A stretch of 64,000 nt of DNA, from assembly GCA_963667725.2 (NCBI GenBank), contig CAXXHO010000003.1, forward strand, positions 2,272,001 to 2,336,000, written 5' to 3'. Shown in pieces: positions 1-9,639 of the stretch. The position numbers and the translations under genes were made by a program. The notes beneath the pieces were generated by a model. The model did no database searches. It saw nothing but the letters and a program-made list of their open reading frames with translations, and was not told the origin of the DNA. Numbering within the stretch: the first letter of the stretch is position 1; every line of letters begins with the position of its first letter. The DNA comes from Treponemataceae bacterium. GTDB lineage: Bacteria > Spirochaetota > Spirochaetia > Treponematales > Rectinemataceae.

Positions 1-706
1 CCTGCCGCCCGTCTGGAGTTCGGGAGGCCGGCAGCAAAACCTTTTAGGGACCGATCAAATGGGCAGGGATGTACTCTCCCGCATTATTTACGGAAGCCGC
101 GTTACCATACTCATCGCCTTTTCGGGAACGATCGTCGCGGGTTTGGTTGGTGTCATCCTGGGGTCGATCAGCGGTTATTACGGGGGATGGGTCGACGCGC
201 TCATTATGCGCATCGTCGATGTCCAACTATCCTTTCCCTTCATCCTGCTCGCGATTTTTATCGCCGCGGTGATCGGGCCAGGCCTTTTCAATATCATTCT
301 GATAGCGGGTTTGAGTAGTTGGGTACGTTATGCGCGACTGGTTCGGGGCGAAATATTGTCGATCAAGGAGATGGAGTACGTCGAAGCCATACGGGCCGTA
401 GGCGGTTCCGATCTGCGCATCATATTCAAGCATATTCTGCCCAACATCATAAGCCCGGTCATCGTCATCGCGACGCTGGAGATGGCGAAGATCGTCCTCA
501 TGGAATCGTCGCTGAGTTTTCTCGGTTTGGGCGTTCCCCTAAACATACCGACCTGGGGAAGAATGCTCGCCGATGCCCGCGTTCATCTGGTGACGAGCCC
601 CTGGCTCGCGATAATACCAGGGCTTTTCATAACATTGACGGTCCTTGGGGTGAACCTTCTCGGCGATTGGCTGCGCGATTATCTCGACCCGAAATTGGAC
701 ATCTGA
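1..706 (+). CDS. Peptide/nickel ABC transporter permease (DppC/OppC family), 5'-truncated by the window
   Basis: Frame is open from base 2 (LPPVWSSGGRQQNLLGTDQMGRD); LGTD..GRD motif, EAA loop (EYVEAIRAVGGS..RIIFKHILPN), multiple TM segments. Confidence 0.92.
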   Translation, partial: LPPVWSSGGRQQNLLGTDQMGRDVLSRIIYGSRVTILIAFSGTIVAGLVGVILGSISGYYGGWVDALIMRIVDVQLSFPFILLAIFIAAVIGPGLFNIILIAGLSSWVRYARLVRGEILSIKEMEYVEAIRAVGGSDLRIIFKHILPNIISPVIVIATLEMAKIVLMESSLSFLGLGVPLNIPTWGRMLADARVHLVTSPWLAIIPGLFITLTVLGVNLLGDWLRDYLDPKLDI

Positions 707-716
707 CGGAGTGAGC

Positions 717-1712
717 ATGAGCGTATCATTACTATCAGTACACGACCTCGTGGTCAGCTTCTCGACCAAACGAGGGATAGCCCGAGCGGTCAACGGCATC
801 GATTTCACCCTGGGGAAAGGGGAGAAACTTGGCTTGGTCGGAGAATCGGGATCGGGGAAAAGCGTCACCGCCAAGAGTATTATGAGGCTTTTGCAGAGCC
901 CTCCCGCGACGATCGGCGGAAAGATCGAGCTGAACGGAGAGAATCTCCTTTCGAAAACTGAAAACGAAATGTGCAAATACCGAGGAAACAAGATCTCCAT
1001 GATCTTCCAAGAACCCATGGTTAGCCTCAATCCCCTGTTCTCCATCGGGAATCAGCTTACCGAAGCCCTTCGCCAGCATACGGAGCTAGACAAGAAAAGC
1101 ATCGAGGAAAGAGTTTTAAAGATGCTCCACGTAGTGGGCATTCCGTCCCCGGAAACCAGGCTGCGCCAATATCCTTTCGAGATGTCGGGAGGCATGCGAC
1201 AGCGGATCATGATCGCGATGGCCTTGCTCTGCCGGCCTCAGATAATCATAGCCGACGAGCCTACTACAGCCCTGGACGTTACCATTCAAGCGCAGATCAT
1301 GGAACTGCTCAACGATGTCAATCGCGAGTTTGGTACCGCCATCATTCTCATCACCCACGATCTGGGCGTCATCGCCGAGATGGTGGACAACGTCGCCGTG
1401 ATGTACGCCGGGTCGATCGTTGAAAAAGCGAAGGTAGGGGATGTTTTCGAAAGTCCGTTGCACCCCTATACGGAAGGACTTCTGCGCTCCGTCCCGACAA
1501 TGGAGGATAAAGGGGAAGTATTGGAAACCATCGAAGGCCAAGTTCCCAGTCTCTATGATATGCCCGAAGGCTGCGCGTTTTACAATCGCTGCCACAGATC
1601 GAAAAAAATATGCCGGGCGCAAATCCCACCAGTATTCGATTGTGACGGGCGACAGGTTAAGTGCTGGATATACTCCCCTAATTGGGACAAAGAGGCCGCG
1701 GATGTCGAATAA
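717..1712 (+). CDS. Oligopeptide/dipeptide ABC ATP-binding subunit (OppD/DppD-like)
   Basis: Walker A GESGSGKS, signature [22 protein letters not shown] motif and Cys-rich C-terminus. Confidence 0.93.
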   Translation: MSVSLLSVHDLVVSFSTKRGIARAVNGIDFTLGKGEKLGLVGESGSGKSVTAKSIMRLLQSPPATIGGKIELNGENLLSKTENEMCKYRGNKISMIFQEPMVSLNPLFSIGNQLTEALRQHTELDKKSIEERVLKMLHVVGIPSPETRLRQYPFEMSGGMRQRIMIAMALLCRPQIIIADEPTTALDVTIQAQIMELLNDVNREFGTAIILITHDLGVIAEMVDNVAVMYAGSIVEKAKVGDVFESPLHPYTEGLLRSVPTMEDKGEVLETIEGQVPSLYDMPEGCAFYNRCHRSKKICRAQIPPVFDCDGRQVKCWIYSPNWDKEAADVE

Positions 1713-2697
1713 CCTTTCCTCCGAGTATCTTTTGGATGTACGCGGTCTGAAAAAATGGTTCCCCGTCGCCGGATCGCATGGGCGAAAGCATGTAAAAGCG
1801 GTAGAAGATGTCAGCTTGAATATCAGACCGGGCGAAACCCTCAGTGTCGTCGGGGAGTCGGGCTGCGGAAAATCGACGCTCGCGCGGCTTATCATGCGAC
1901 TGATTGAACCTTCAGAAGGCAGCATCCTTTTTAACGGCGACGACATCACGAAGCTTTCACGCGAAAGAATGCGAAAACAGCGACGAAACATCCAGATCGT
2001 TTTCCAGGACCCCTATGCCTCGCTGAATCCCCGCCAACGAGTCCATGACATGCTCGGTGAGCCTCTCCTGATCCATCATTTAGCCGATCGGCGACAAGCC
2101 CGCGAACGAGCGGTCGAGCTTCTCGGCATGGTCGGGCTCGGCATCGACAGCATGAATAAGTTCCCACATGAATTCTCCGGCGGCCAGCGCCAGCGGCTCT
2201 GCATAGCGCGCGCCCTTGCCGTTGAGCCCAAACTTATCATCTGCGATGAGTGCGTCTCCGCCCTGGACGTATCCATCCAGGCGCAGATCATCAATCTTCT
2301 GATGCGTCTGCAAAAGCAGCTGAATCTCACGCTACTATTCATCTCACACGATTTACGCGTTGTTCGGCACATCTCCGACAGAGTCATCGTGATGTATCTC
2401 GGCAGGGTACTGGAACAAGCGCCCAAAGATGTCATGTTCAGGTCGCCGGCGCATCCGTATACAAAGGCGCTCCTTTCAGCCGTGCCAATTCCCGACCCAA
2501 AATTCGAAAAAAAGAGAATCATCTTGATGGGAGACATACCGAGCCCGATAAACAGCCCCTCAGGATGCAAGTTCCGCACGAGATGCTATCAAGCCAAGGA
2601 GACCTGTGCCGCGTCGGAGCCGGAACTCCTCCCGATCGCTCCCGAGCACTATTGTCGTTGTCCCTATTGGGACTTAGCCAAAGAGGAGTCGAAATGA
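1702..2697 (+). CDS. Oligopeptide/dipeptide ABC ATP-binding subunit (OppF/DppF-like)
   Basis: GESGCGKST, FSGGQRQR, ICDECVSALD, HPYTKALL; ATG at 1702 chosen within ORF 1441..2697. Confidence 0.93.
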   Translation: MSNNLSSEYLLDVRGLKKWFPVAGSHGRKHVKAVEDVSLNIRPGETLSVVGESGCGKSTLARLIMRLIEPSEGSILFNGDDITKLSRERMRKQRRNIQIVFQDPYASLNPRQRVHDMLGEPLLIHHLADRRQARERAVELLGMVGLGIDSMNKFPHEFSGGQRQRLCIARALAVEPKLIICDECVSALDVSIQAQIINLLMRLQKQLNLTLLFISHDLRVVRHISDRVIVMYLGRVLEQAPKDVMFRSPAHPYTKALLSAVPIPDPKFEKKRIILMGDIPSPINSPSGCKFRTRCYQAKETCAASEPELLPIAPEHYCRCPYWDLAKEESK

Positions 2698-3701
2698 CGA
2701 AGCTAGAACGTATACGGGCGGCGATCGCCGGCGAACAGACGGATCGGATCCCCTATGCCATATGGTCCCATATTCCCGGCATAGATTTGATACCGGAGAG
2801 AATCGCCGAGGAAACCTACCTCTTTTACAAACAATACGACGTCGATTTCATAAAAACGTTGAACAACGGAATGTACAGCATCGAAGATTTCGGGGGGCAG
2901 GTGGATTATTCAGGAATCGAAAAGGGAGGAGTCGCCGCCCTTACCCATAGCCCGGTCTCCTCAGCCGAGGACTGGGATACGATTCGTCCGGCGGACACAG
3001 GCAAAGGCGCGCTGGCGCGCGAACTGCGCTATCTCGATCTTCTCATGAAAAGACTGGATGGGGAACCGGTACCCGTCGTCTTTACGATATTCAGCCCTCT
3101 GACGACCGCCTCAAAACTTTCAGAGAACCGGATCATGGAACACATTGAGCGAGGGCAGGGCATTCGTATTCACCGTGCTTTAGAGATAATCACGGAGACT
3201 ACCTGCAGACTTGTGGAGCGGGCGATCGAGAAAGGAGCCTCCGGTATCTTCTTTGCTACCCAGCTCAGCAATTACGGCATCATGCCCGAAGCGTGGTACG
3301 AGGAATTCGGTAAGCCATACGACATTCGCGTGCTCAAAGCATCCAAAGGCTGGTGCAATATGCTGCACGCGCATGGCGACAATATAATGTTCTCGCTGCT
3401 CCGCGATTATCCTGCGCAGATTATCAACTGGCATGTCGGTGAATCATTGCCCGATATGGACGAAGCGCTTCTCATGACGAAAAAGTGCGTGATGGGCGGC
3501 CTGAAACGGGCCGATATCACCCAAGATCGCCGCAACGCTCTCGCGAACCAGATTTATAGGGCAATACGAGCGACCGGAGGCCGACGGCTGATTCTCACTC
3601 CCGGCTGCGTCATCCGTTACCCCCTGAACGAAAATACCATGCATTACGTAAAGCAGGCCAAAGAAGCGATAGAACAAGAATTTTGGAAGGAGGTAATTTA
3701 A
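2694..3701 (+). CDS. Uroporphyrinogen decarboxylase/MtaA-fold (URO-D/CIMS-like) protein, function unknown
   Basis: MTKLERIRAAIAGE..DRIP start, TIFSPL, GASGIFFA, LHAHG, LILTPGC; no HemE RQAGR motif; GAGGAG RBS and ATGA overlap. Confidence 0.75.
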   Translation: MTKLERIRAAIAGEQTDRIPYAIWSHIPGIDLIPERIAEETYLFYKQYDVDFIKTLNNGMYSIEDFGGQVDYSGIEKGGVAALTHSPVSSAEDWDTIRPADTGKGALARELRYLDLLMKRLDGEPVPVVFTIFSPLTTASKLSENRIMEHIERGQGIRIHRALEIITETTCRLVERAIEKGASGIFFATQLSNYGIMPEAWYEEFGKPYDIRVLKASKGWCNMLHAHGDNIMFSLLRDYPAQIINWHVGESLPDMDEALLMTKKCVMGGLKRADITQDRRNALANQIYRAIRATGGRRLILTPGCVIRYPLNENTMHYVKQAKEAIEQEFWKEVI

Positions 3702-3702
3702 G

Positions 3703-4761
3703 ATGGAACAAGCGATCATCGTCGTGAAGGGAAGCCCCTATGAGCAAGGTGTCGAGCAAGGGACGCAACTCGTCGATCTTATTCATCATAATACGGAAGT
3801 CATTCGGACAAAACTGAGAGATGCTAAATGCGATAATCAAAGGTACTGGGATTTCGTCGAGCGCAATGTCCTCTTCATGAAGGAAAGGCATCAGGAGCTG
3901 TACGACGAGATGCGCGGGATCGCGGATGGATCGGGGATATCGTTCAAGGACATTCTCATGATCAATATCCCGGCGTACTTCCTGACAGAACAGTTGAGGC
4001 AGGAATGCACCATGCTCTTGGCCCGAAGGAAAGCGACCCTAGACGGCAAGACCTATGTCATCAAGAACCGCGACATGGGCATGGACGTGCGGCAAGTGGT
4101 CATCCACCACATTTATGATGACGGCACTTCCATCGTCGAAGTGAATGGCGCCGGCATCGTGACGTATCCCGCGAGCGGAATGAGCAGCCATGGTCTGGGA
4201 GTAACCACGACAGGATTCTGGTCGGCTAAGGCCCCCACGGCCATGGACCGGGTCGACGCGGCCCAGATATTCATGAACGTCCATCTGATCCTGGCCAATT
4301 GCAAAACCGCTAGGGAAGCGCTGGAATATATCAAGACGACTCCCTGCATGAACGGATTGAGTATCATCGTTGTGGATGAACATGACGCATATGTTCTGGA
4401 AATGACGAATGATGGGTATGTCCTCCAGGAGGACGACGGTTCGGGAATCCTTTTCCGCTCCAACCATTATATGACCGATGAACTGAAGCACCTCAATCCC
4501 GATCCGGTAAAATTTACTTCGACCTATTTCCGGGCAAAACGTGTCGATGAGCTATTGAAGGAAAGCTATGGGAAATTGAGGTTCCAGGATTTTTTCCGAA
4601 TCCTCTCGGATCACAAAGACGGAATAAATTGCCTGTGCAGACACCCTCAAGGCGAGGTTTTTGGCAGGACCGTTTCGACGAGCATGTTCGTATTGGAAGA
4701 CAGGGAAGCATGGACATCCCTAGGCAACCCTTGCATGAATCTGCGATTCGCGAAGCTATGA
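3703..4761 (+). CDS. C45 family Ntn-hydrolase (acyl-CoA:6-APA acyltransferase-like peptidase)
   Basis: GSPYEQG, EMRGIADG, autoprocessing E-C-T, KNRD, SNHY, LCRH motifs. Confidence 0.82.
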   Translation: MEQAIIVVKGSPYEQGVEQGTQLVDLIHHNTEVIRTKLRDAKCDNQRYWDFVERNVLFMKERHQELYDEMRGIADGSGISFKDILMINIPAYFLTEQLRQECTMLLARRKATLDGKTYVIKNRDMGMDVRQVVIHHIYDDGTSIVEVNGAGIVTYPASGMSSHGLGVTTTGFWSAKAPTAMDRVDAAQIFMNVHLILANCKTAREALEYIKTTPCMNGLSIIVVDEHDAYVLEMTNDGYVLQEDDGSGILFRSNHYMTDELKHLNPDPVKFTSTYFRAKRVDELLKESYGKLRFQDFFRILSDHKDGINCLCRHPQGEVFGRTVSTSMFVLEDREAWTSLGNPCMNLRFAKL

Positions 4762-4775
4762 GCAGAGGCGGCCAC

Positions 4776-5978
4776 GTGGAAATCAACGATCGAGTCAAGG
4801 AGCGGATACGACGGCTTCAGGACCTGATGGAAGAACGGTCGATCGACGCCGCCATCATCCTCAAGCCGGAGAACGTGTTCTATTTCAGCAATTTCAATCC
4901 GATACTGAATAGTCATCCTGTTTTTTTGGTCGTTCCAAAAAAAGGTGAAGCCAGCCTTTTGGTCCACGCGTTACGCGACACTCATGCTAGGAATGACGCG
5001 GCGATGGACAAAATCCTGCTGTATGGGAAATGGGGCGGCAAAAAGACGTTGGCCGATACACCTGAAGAGGCGATCGCCACTTTGCTCGAAAAGAAGATCG
5101 AGAGTTTAGGCTTTGAAAGAGATACTCTCAGCATGGCGATGTTCGGCAAGCTAAAATCGAAGGTGGAGTTTCGCGAAGACGTCGACATCGGAGAGATGAT
5201 CCAGCGGATGAAAATAACAAAGGACGCGTATGAGATAGAATGTATACGCGCCGCTTCGCGCCTCGTGGACACGGGGGTTGGGACGACACTGGAATGGCTG
5301 GCCTCCGGGGTCACCGAAGCCGAGGCTTGTACCGAAGGCCAGTACGCCATGCGCAAAACCTGGCAGAAAGAGTTCCCTGACTATGAAGTCTCGGGATTTG
5401 GAACTTCCGAAGGCGGCATGATAGACAGCCTTCACTGCTGGTGTCTCAGCAACGAAAGAATCGCCTATGGCTGCGATTGCCCTAAACCCTATCGGCCGAA
5501 AAAAGGAGACATGGTACTCCCGATGGCCTGGGCGAAGATAAACGGCTATCACGCGGAGAACGAGCGTTCGATCGTCATGGGGGAACTTTCCGCCGATAGG
5601 CAAAAAGCCTATGACGCGATGCTTGAAGCACGGCAGAATATTTTTGATATTCTCAGGCCCGGCGCCTTATTTGAGGAACTCTATGAGGCGGCATGTGGCG
5701 CGTTCCGGCGCCATGGCTTCGGAGGCATTCTGCCTGGACGGGTTGGTCACGGGATCGGCAACTCGGCGCATGAATTCGTTTCATTGACCAAGGGCAATAA
5801 GATGCCGCTCGCCGAGGGTATGGCTATAACCGTAGAGCCCGGCTTGATGGACGCCTGGGGAGGGGCCCGTCATTCCGATACGGTCATCATCACGGAGAAG
5901 GGTTACGAACGTTTGACGGTTTCACCGAACCGGCGTATTCGCATTGAGAATGGCAAGGTTCTTTACGAATCCGATTAG
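4776..5978 (+). CDS. M24 family (Xaa-Pro peptidase/creatinase-like) hydrolase
   Basis: Creatinase-N-like domain (ENVFYFSNF), K..YEIECIR, GHGIG..HE, ITVEPG; the start may instead be ATG 4758. Confidence 0.82.
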   Translation: MEINDRVKERIRRLQDLMEERSIDAAIILKPENVFYFSNFNPILNSHPVFLVVPKKGEASLLVHALRDTHARNDAAMDKILLYGKWGGKKTLADTPEEAIATLLEKKIESLGFERDTLSMAMFGKLKSKVEFREDVDIGEMIQRMKITKDAYEIECIRAASRLVDTGVGTTLEWLASGVTEAEACTEGQYAMRKTWQKEFPDYEVSGFGTSEGGMIDSLHCWCLSNERIAYGCDCPKPYRPKKGDMVLPMAWAKINGYHAENERSIVMGELSADRQKAYDAMLEARQNIFDILRPGALFEELYEAACGAFRRHGFGGILPGRVGHGIGNSAHEFVSLTKGNKMPLAEGMAITVEPGLMDAWGGARHSDTVIITEKGYERLTVSPNRRIRIENGKVLYESD

Positions 5979-5985
5979 GATAGAG

Positions 5986-7323
5986 TCAAGCGTCGATTTC
6001 AAGGAAAATCGGTTTTTCGGGCGAAATCATGCCGTCTTCAAGCGACACGACCTCGCCGGTAAAAAGATCGCGTCCGCGCAGCGGTCTGGGAAACTTGAGC
6101 GTCGAGGTCCATCCTTCCAGGTTCACGAGGACGGCGAAGCGCGCGACATCCGACGCCATGCCTGGCGCAGCCACACGTTCGAGCAAGAAGACGCCCTTGC
6201 CTACCTCAGTCCAGGAAAAACGCGGTCCCATCGCCTTGGCTTTTTTGCACGCGGCCAAAACCCTGATAAAATAATCGCGGAACGATCCATCGCCCGCGGC
6301 CCAATCGACGGGATTCTTCTCGAACAGGTCCGGCTTGCGCGCGATGGCGCATTCCTGCCCCATATAGGCGAAGGTAATCCCCGGGATGAACTGCATGAAC
6401 AAGGTCCAGGCTTCGAGCCTCGCCTCGCCGCCGTCCCGCGCGGTTCCCTCGCGGCCGAAACGCGCGGGCGCCCTCATCTGGTCATGATTTTCCAGGAACC
6501 TGACCTTGCGCGCCCGCGCCGGATACAGCGTTTCCTGAGTATACAGGTAGTCGAGATACTCGGCCGCGCCCCGTTCTCCCGCCCAAACCTTCTCCAGGCG
6601 TTCCCAGCCGTCGTAGTCGTAGGTCAAGTCGAAGACGCTGTGTAGCTCAGGCTCGGACCAGGCGCCATGGCCAGCCTCGCGCATTTTCTTCAAAAAATTC
6701 GGATGCACGCTCTCGGCGAGCCAAGCCAGCGGATATCGCTCGCGGCGCAGCCCCGGGTCGTACTGGTTCACGCGCTGCCTGGCCTGTTTCCAGAAATCCA
6801 CCGGCACAAGGGAAGCCACGTCGCAGCGGAAGCCGTCCACGCCCTCCTCCCGCCAGCCGACGAGTATGGACATAAGCTCCACCCAGAGCTGTGGCGAGGA
6901 GCCGTAATCCAGATCGACGACGTCTGACCAATCCGCGCATTTACGGCCGAGAGCCCCCGTGGAGGCCTCCCGCAGGAACCATTCGGGATTTTCGCGCGCC
7001 AGGACAGAATCGGGCGACGTATGGTTGTAGACGACATCCATCATCACCTTGAGCCCGAGACCGTGGGCGGCGGCCAAAAAAGCCCGGAAATCGTCCATCG
7101 TCCCGAGCGAGGGATCGATCGCCCTGTAATCCGCGATGGCGTAGGGGCTCCCTAGAGTGCCCTTGCGCGACTCCACCCCGATCGGGTGAATCGGCGTGAG
7201 ACAGATCCAGTCGAAGCCCATGGCAGCAACCCCCGCGAGGCGAGGCATCGCGGCGGTGAACGTGCCCTCAGGCGTGAAGTTTCTCAGGAATATTTGGTAG
7301 ATCGCGCTCGATTCATCGATCAT
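5986..7323 (-). CDS. GH13 alpha-amylase family glycoside hydrolase, cytoplasmic
   Basis: DVVYNH, GFRCDVA, LAES and FLENHD catalytic regions; no signal peptide. Confidence 0.9.
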   Translation of the reverse strand: MIDESSAIYQIFLRNFTPEGTFTAAMPRLAGVAAMGFDWICLTPIHPIGVESRKGTLGSPYAIADYRAIDPSLGTMDDFRAFLAAAHGLGLKVMMDVVYNHTSPDSVLARENPEWFLREASTGALGRKCADWSDVVDLDYGSSPQLWVELMSILVGWREEGVDGFRCDVASLVPVDFWKQARQRVNQYDPGLRRERYPLAWLAESVHPNFLKKMREAGHGAWSEPELHSVFDLTYDYDGWERLEKVWAGERGAAEYLDYLYTQETLYPARARKVRFLENHDQMRAPARFGREGTARDGGEARLEAWTLFMQFIPGITFAYMGQECAIARKPDLFEKNPVDWAAGDGSFRDYFIRVLAACKKAKAMGPRFSWTEVGKGVFLLERVAAPGMASDVARFAVLVNLEGWTSTLKFPRPLRGRDLFTGEVVSLEDGMISPEKPIFLEIDA

Positions 7324-8324
7324 GGTTGCCCTCGGTTGAGTATTGTCAGGATGATATTTATCATTGTGGTCATTTCTTCCGGCTTTGACACCGCAATCAG
7401 TAAGGTCAGGGTCGCGAGACCATCATTGCCGATTATACGTTCCCCATCTGCGCGATATAATAATCTGTTCCTTTCCAGGAAATACAAAAATAGAGCGGCG
7501 GCAATGCGTTTATTTCCGTCCACGAAAGAATGATTTTTAATGACAAGATACAAGAGCATTGCCGCTTTATGCTCGATCGAAGGATAGAGCTCTTTACCTC
7601 CAAAGCTTTGATACATCTGGTTCACTGAGCTATCGAAGCTGTTATCCTTTTGCTGGCCGAAGATGTTGGAATCGAATTCGTTTCTCATTTTCTCAACAAC
7701 CTGCAGAAATTCATCTTTACTTATGCTAACGGCTTTGATCGGCGATCTTCCCTTTGTCTCGAGTTTTTCGTGGTCGTAATCGTCAAGTATCGCGAGGCCA
7801 CTGGCGAAATCCGCAAGGATTTTAACGATCGATCTGGCTTCTTCAAAATTTTGAACTTCTGAAAGCAGGCTTCTCTCGACTAGACCTATGGATTCCTTCA
7901 ACTCCTGTAGCCGGCTTTGTTGTTCCATCAACCTTTTTTGATTGATGGTGTAGCCCTTGACCAGGTGCTCTTTGAGAATACGATTTGCCCAGATGCGAAA
8001 CTGAGTACCGCGCTTTGAATTGACGCGATAACCTACGGAGATGATCATATCGAGGTTGTAGTGGAGTATTTTACGGCTTACCTTCCTCGATCCTTCCTGT
8101 CGAACTTGTGAAAATTTTGCACAAGTTGCCGATTCCTCAAGCTCGTCGGTAGCGAGGATATTTCTGATATGCTTTACCACGGACGTACGATCAGTACCGA
8201 ACAATTCTTCCATCTGATATTGGGTCAGCCAGAGTGTGTCGGAAGCCAAGCGCACATCGGTTTGAATGCTGCCATCGGGCGCGTTGAAGATAACAATTTT
8301 TCCCCTGGAATCGGTGTCTGACAT
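7320..8324 (-). CDS. RhuM-family domain fused to a Fic/Doc domain
   Basis: WLTQ..M.ELF, HYNLDMIISVGYRVNSKRGTQFRIWA (RhuM); HSFVDGNKRIA (Doc-type Fic motif); GGAGG RBS before ATG 8324; AT-richer than its flanks. Confidence 0.88.
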   Translation of the reverse strand: MSDTDSRGKIVIFNAPDGSIQTDVRLASDTLWLTQYQMEELFGTDRTSVVKHIRNILATDELEESATCAKFSQVRQEGSRKVSRKILHYNLDMIISVGYRVNSKRGTQFRIWANRILKEHLVKGYTINQKRLMEQQSRLQELKESIGLVERSLLSEVQNFEEARSIVKILADFASGLAILDDYDHEKLETKGRSPIKAVSISKDEFLQVVEKMRNEFDSNIFGQQKDNSFDSSVNQMYQSFGGKELYPSIEHKAAMLLYLVIKNHSFVDGNKRIAAALFLYFLERNRLLYRADGERIIGNDGLATLTLLIAVSKPEEMTTMINIILTILNRGQP

Positions 8325-8326
8325 AC

Positions 8327-8392
8327 TCAAACCGCCTCCCGCAAATCAGTCTTTCCCGATTGTGCCTCATCGATCAGGACTGCGTAATTCCC
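8327..8392 (-). pseudogene. Short relic resembling the Walker B/DEAH region of a type I restriction subunit (HsdR)
   Basis: Minus frame reads GNYAVLIDEAQSGKTDLREAV*, similar to HsdR (F/Y)AVIIDEAHSSQSG.T; no start codon in this frame. Confidence 0.45.
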
Positions 8393-8499
8393 ACTGCGCT
8401 GACATCGCGTTCTCCTGAGCCGTTTTTACTATTTCTTCGTCATTATACGCTCAGGTCGGCATTCCCGCCAGCTTGGCTCCCATGATCGTGACTTTCGAT

Positions 8500-8528
8500 T
8501 TGCCTATATATATTTTCTTTTATATATT
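8500..8528 (+). promoter_or_regulatory. Sigma70-type promoter with an overlapping 20-bp palindromic operator
   Basis: TTGCCT-17bp-TATATT; ATATATTT-TCTT-TTATATAT at 8508-8527; same layout as 13594-13622. Confidence 0.6.
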
Positions 8529-8561
8529 ATTAATCATACAGTGATCGCAAGGAGATCAAAA

Positions 8562-9185
8562 ATGAGTTCATGGAATACCCTGCCCAGCAGTGAAACAGTA
8601 GAAAAAACGGCCGCGGCTCTCAGAGCCAACGGCTTCGATGTCACCATAGCGGCCAATGCCGAGGAAGCCAAGCGCAAAGCGCTTGAATTCATACCGGCCA
8701 AGGCCGAGGTCTTCACCATGGCGTCGGCCACCGTCGACTCGATCGGGCTCTCGGCCGCGCTGAACGAGTCCGGCACCTACGATTCGGTGCGCGCGAAGCT
8801 GGGCGCGATGAACGGCGCCACCCAGGGCCGCGAGATGCGCAAGCTCGGAGCCGGACCCGACGTATCCGTGGGCTCAGTCCACGCCCTCACCGAGGACGGC
8901 AAGTTCCTTGTCGCTTCCCTCACCGGAAGCCAGCTTCCGGCCTATGCCTACGGAGCGGGCACCGCAATCTTCGTCGTCAGCACGAAGAAGATCGTCAAAA
9001 ATCTCGACGAAGCCTGGAATCGCCTCGTTGAGCATGTCGTGCCCCAGGAAAGCGCCAGGGCGCGCAAAGCCTATGGCCTGCCCGAGAGCTTTAACAGCGG
9101 CCCCTCGAAAGTGCTCATTTTCAACAAGGAAGTTCAGCCCGGACGAGTCAAGATCATCCTCATGAACGAGGACGCCGGCTTCTGA
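8562..9185 (+). CDS. LUD-domain (lactate utilization/DUF162-like) protein
   Basis: AL.ANGF, SVHALTEDG...ASLTGSQL.AYAYGA...IFVVS..KIV.NLDEA..R; AAGGAG RBS. Confidence 0.78.
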   Translation: MSSWNTLPSSETVEKTAAALRANGFDVTIAANAEEAKRKALEFIPAKAEVFTMASATVDSIGLSAALNESGTYDSVRAKLGAMNGATQGREMRKLGAGPDVSVGSVHALTEDGKFLVASLTGSQLPAYAYGAGTAIFVVSTKKIVKNLDEAWNRLVEHVVPQESARARKAYGLPESFNSGPSKVLIFNKEVQPGRVKIILMNEDAGF

Positions 9186-9227
9186 TTGGACTTGCGTCGC
9201 CGCGCTCCGGGACGCTACCATGAGGCC

Positions 9228-9626
9228 ATGGGAAATCTACTGGTAATTTTCGCGGGCGGGGGCTTAGGCGCCCTCGCCCGCTTTTTTCTGTCCCGCGCCG
9301 CTGGATCGCGCATCGGCACAGCTCTCCCCTTCGGAACCCTCTTCGTCAATGTGACAGGCTCTTTCCTTATCGGCCTCGTCCTGTCGCTCGTGGAAATGGC
9401 GGCCCTGCCCGCCCTATGGCGCCCCCTCGTCGCCGTCGGCTTCATCGGCGCCTACACCACCTTCTCCACCTACGCCTTCGAAACCGTCTCCCTCCTGCAG
9501 AAAAAGGCCTACGGTCCCGCTGTCTGGAACTTCTTCCTCAACAATGTCCTATCCATGGCCGCCATCGTGCTTGGAATGCTCGCCGCTTCCCTTCTGGCCG
9601 CGGCGCTGAAGGGTCAGCGGCCTTAG
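9228..9626 (+). CDS. crcB: Fluoride efflux channel Fluc/CrcB
   Basis: GGGLGALARF, PFGTLFVNVTGSF, GFIGAYTTFST; four TM helices. Confidence 0.93.
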   Translation: MGNLLVIFAGGGLGALARFFLSRAAGSRIGTALPFGTLFVNVTGSFLIGLVLSLVEMAALPALWRPLVAVGFIGAYTTFSTYAFETVSLLQKKAYGPAVWNFFLNNVLSMAAIVLGMLAASLLAAALKGQRP

Positions 9627-9639
9627 GCGCGAAGCCGGT

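Noticed and set aside
2694..3701. Calling this gene hemE
   Set aside because: Lacks the RQAGR motif and has no tetrapyrrole gene context
9186..9227. Fluoride riboswitch upstream of crcB
   Set aside because: Only about 40 nt are available, occupied by a promoter, with no GGCGATG...TGATG core
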